This document shows positions 62,048 to 64,000 of a DNA stretch of 64,000 bases, in pieces; position 1 is the first letter of the stretch, and each line of letters opens with the position of its first letter. The translations under genes were made by a program, and so were the position numbers. This DNA comes from Podarcis vaucheri (lineage: Eukaryota). The stretch lies in NCBI GenBank assembly GCA_965113315.1, contig OZ220364.1, one strand, 5' to 3'. Below the pieces are notes generated by a model that was not told where the DNA came from, did no database searches, and saw nothing but the letters and a program-made list of their open reading frames with translations.

Positions 62048-62473
62048 TCTATAATACTTGTCAGATCCTATCCCAGCACCTTCAGATTTGCACACAAACA
62101 CCCGACTAGATCTGTACTCCAGGATTAACATAGGGGATTGGCATTAGACATCTGACTATACTCTGGAGCCGTCTGGTCCTGGCCACTACTGCCCATTCAG
62201 CCTTGCTCTCCAAGTGAGTAAAGTAAGGAGAAGGAGCAGTGACTTCCACAAGCTTTCTCTTGTCCCTCTGGGAAGTGGTGCAGATTAGGTCTGGAGGAAG
62301 AGACAAGTGAATGGGCAGTGATAAGAAGGAAGTGGGTGCCGTCAGAGATCTTGCCCAAGCCCTTCCAAAAATGAAACCTAGAACCAGGACAGCTTTCCAG
62401 CAGGACTGCTACACTTTCCCTAAATAGCTTAATAGCCTCATAGGAATGATGTGGTGGTTGTGGAATAAAGATA

Positions 62474-63552
62474 CAGTGGTACCTCAGGTTACATACGCTT
62501 CAGGTTACATACGCTTCAGGTTACAGACTCTGCTAACCCAGAAATAATGCTTCAGGATGAGAACAGAAATCATGCTCCGGCGGCGCGACAGCAGCAGAAG
62601 GCCCCATTAGATAAAGATTGAGGTTGAATCCTGACAAGACAGAAGTACTGTTTTGGGAGGACAGGCAGGTGTGGGGGATTTCCTGGTCCTGAATGGGGTA
62701 ACTGTGCCCCTGAAGGACCAGGTGCGCAGCCTGGGAGTCATTTTGGACTCACAGCTGTCCATGGAGGCGCAGGTTAATTCTGTGTCCAGGGCAGCTGTCT
62801 ACCAGCTCCACCTGGTACGCAGGCTAAGACCCTACTTGCCCACAGACTGTCTCACCAGAGTGGTGCATGCTCTAGTTATCTCCCGCTTGGACTACTGCAA
62901 TGTGCTCTACGTGGGGCTACCTTTGAAGGTGACCCGGAAACTGCAATTAATCCAGAATGCGGCAGCTAGACTGGTGACTGGGAGTGGCCACCGGGACCAC
63001 ATAACACCGGTTCTGAGAGATCTGCATTGGCTCCCAGTACGTTCCGAGCACAATTCAAAGTGTTGGTGCTGACCTTTAAAGCCCTAAACGGCCTCAGTCC
63101 TCAATACCTGAAGGAGCGTCTCCACCCCCATCGTTCAGCCCGCACACTGAGATCCAGCGCCGAGGGCCTTCTGGCGGTTCCCTCATTGCGAGAAGTGAGG
63201 CTACAGGGAACCAGACAGAGGGCCTTCTCGGTAGTGGCGCCCACCCTGTGGAACACCCTCCCTTCAGATGTGAAGGAAATAAGTAGCTATCCTATCTTTA
63301 AAAGACATCTGAAGGAAGCCCTGTTCAGGGAAGTTTTTAATATTTAACGCTGTATTGTTTTTAATACTTAATTGGGAGCCACCCAGAATGGCTGGGGAAA
63401 CTCAGCCAGATGGGCGGGGTCTAAATAATAAATATTATTATTGTTGTTGTTGTTATTATTGTTATTATAAAGTGGTGCTTCAAGTTAAGAACAGTTTCAG
63501 GTTAAGTACGGACCTCTGGAACGAATTAAGTTCTTAACCTGAGGTACCACTG
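62474..63552 (+). mobile_element. Tc1/mariner MITE, copy 4, interrupted by an L2
   Basis: TA|cagtggtacctcaggtta...taacctgaggtaccactg|TA; the two halves rejoin at ggccccattag-ataaag-tggtgcttc, as in copy 2. Confidence 0.9.
62617..63466 (+). mobile_element. 5'-truncated L2 LINE (ORF2 C-terminus, 3'UTR and (TTA/TTG)n tail)
   Basis: ORFs 62653-63072 and 63027-63347, joined by one frameshift, encode LGVILDSQL...VHALVISRLDYCN...KLQLIQNAAARLV...HITPVLRDLHWLP / FKVLVLTFKALNGLSPQYL...RAFSVVAPTLWNTLP. Flanked by ataaag duplicates. Confidence 0.92.
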
Positions 63553-64000
63553 TACTGGTTTTCTTCAACCCTGCTTCCTCCCTAAATAGTTTACCTGCCT
63601 CAAGTTGTATGCGCCTCTTGATTCTGGTGTTATGAAGAGTCACATTTACGGTAGCTATTCCCTATGTACTTAAAGCCATGCATAAGGAAAACAGCATAGC
63701 TTTCACTTGCACCACAGGAGATGCATGGTGATTCTTAGAAAGTTGGTTTGGCGCCAGAAGAAAACCCAACAGAGCAGTCTTAAGATTCCAGTAGGATTAT
63801 GTGGATGGTGGGGGGGGGGGAAATAGTCTGCTACCTTGCTCACCAGGACATGAACAGAATAAAGGCAACATTCTCAAAGTAAGTTTCTAGTTCTCCTGTT
63901 GGCTACAAAAACAAACCAACCATAAAATGTGCTTGCAATATGTGCTGTCATTAATGTCCCTCAAGTTCATTCACACACAAGTCCACGGTGAGGAGCTTTT

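Noticed and set aside
62106-62306. Strong acceptor-like sequence (ttgtctcttcctccag) on the minus strand as a further QRICH2 exon
   Set aside because: No convincing in-phase donor and no QRICH2-like peptide.

Overview
Vertebrate genomic DNA, almost certainly squamate (probably a lacertid lizard, inferred from the repeat landscape: BovB, L2, CR1, a tRNA-derived SINE with a CR1 tail, and hAT and Tc1/mariner MITEs). Two genes lie tail-to-tail, as in the human UBALD2-QRICH2 locus. The last coding exon and 3'UTR of UBALD2 are on + (2726-3046; AATAAA at 4633). Nineteen phase-consistent coding exons of QRICH2 are on - (61338 down to 25836; 3570 nt, 1189 aa in the window; the 5' end lies outside). Most ORFs in the track are spurious intronic or intergenic frames. 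The most interesting points are: (i) the QRICH2 low-complexity exon encodes a PGAY/PGAQ galectin-3-tail-like array rather than the mammalian-type Gln-rich repeat; (ii) an apparently intact minimal Penelope-type hammerhead ribozyme, plus two decayed copies; (iii) a candidate 3-nt microexon in a QRICH2 intron; (iv) a young hAT MITE carrying TTAGGG motifs; (v) three nested transposon insertions with readable TSDs. I did not find a convincing wholly new multi-gene system. All calls were made by eye, without database searches.
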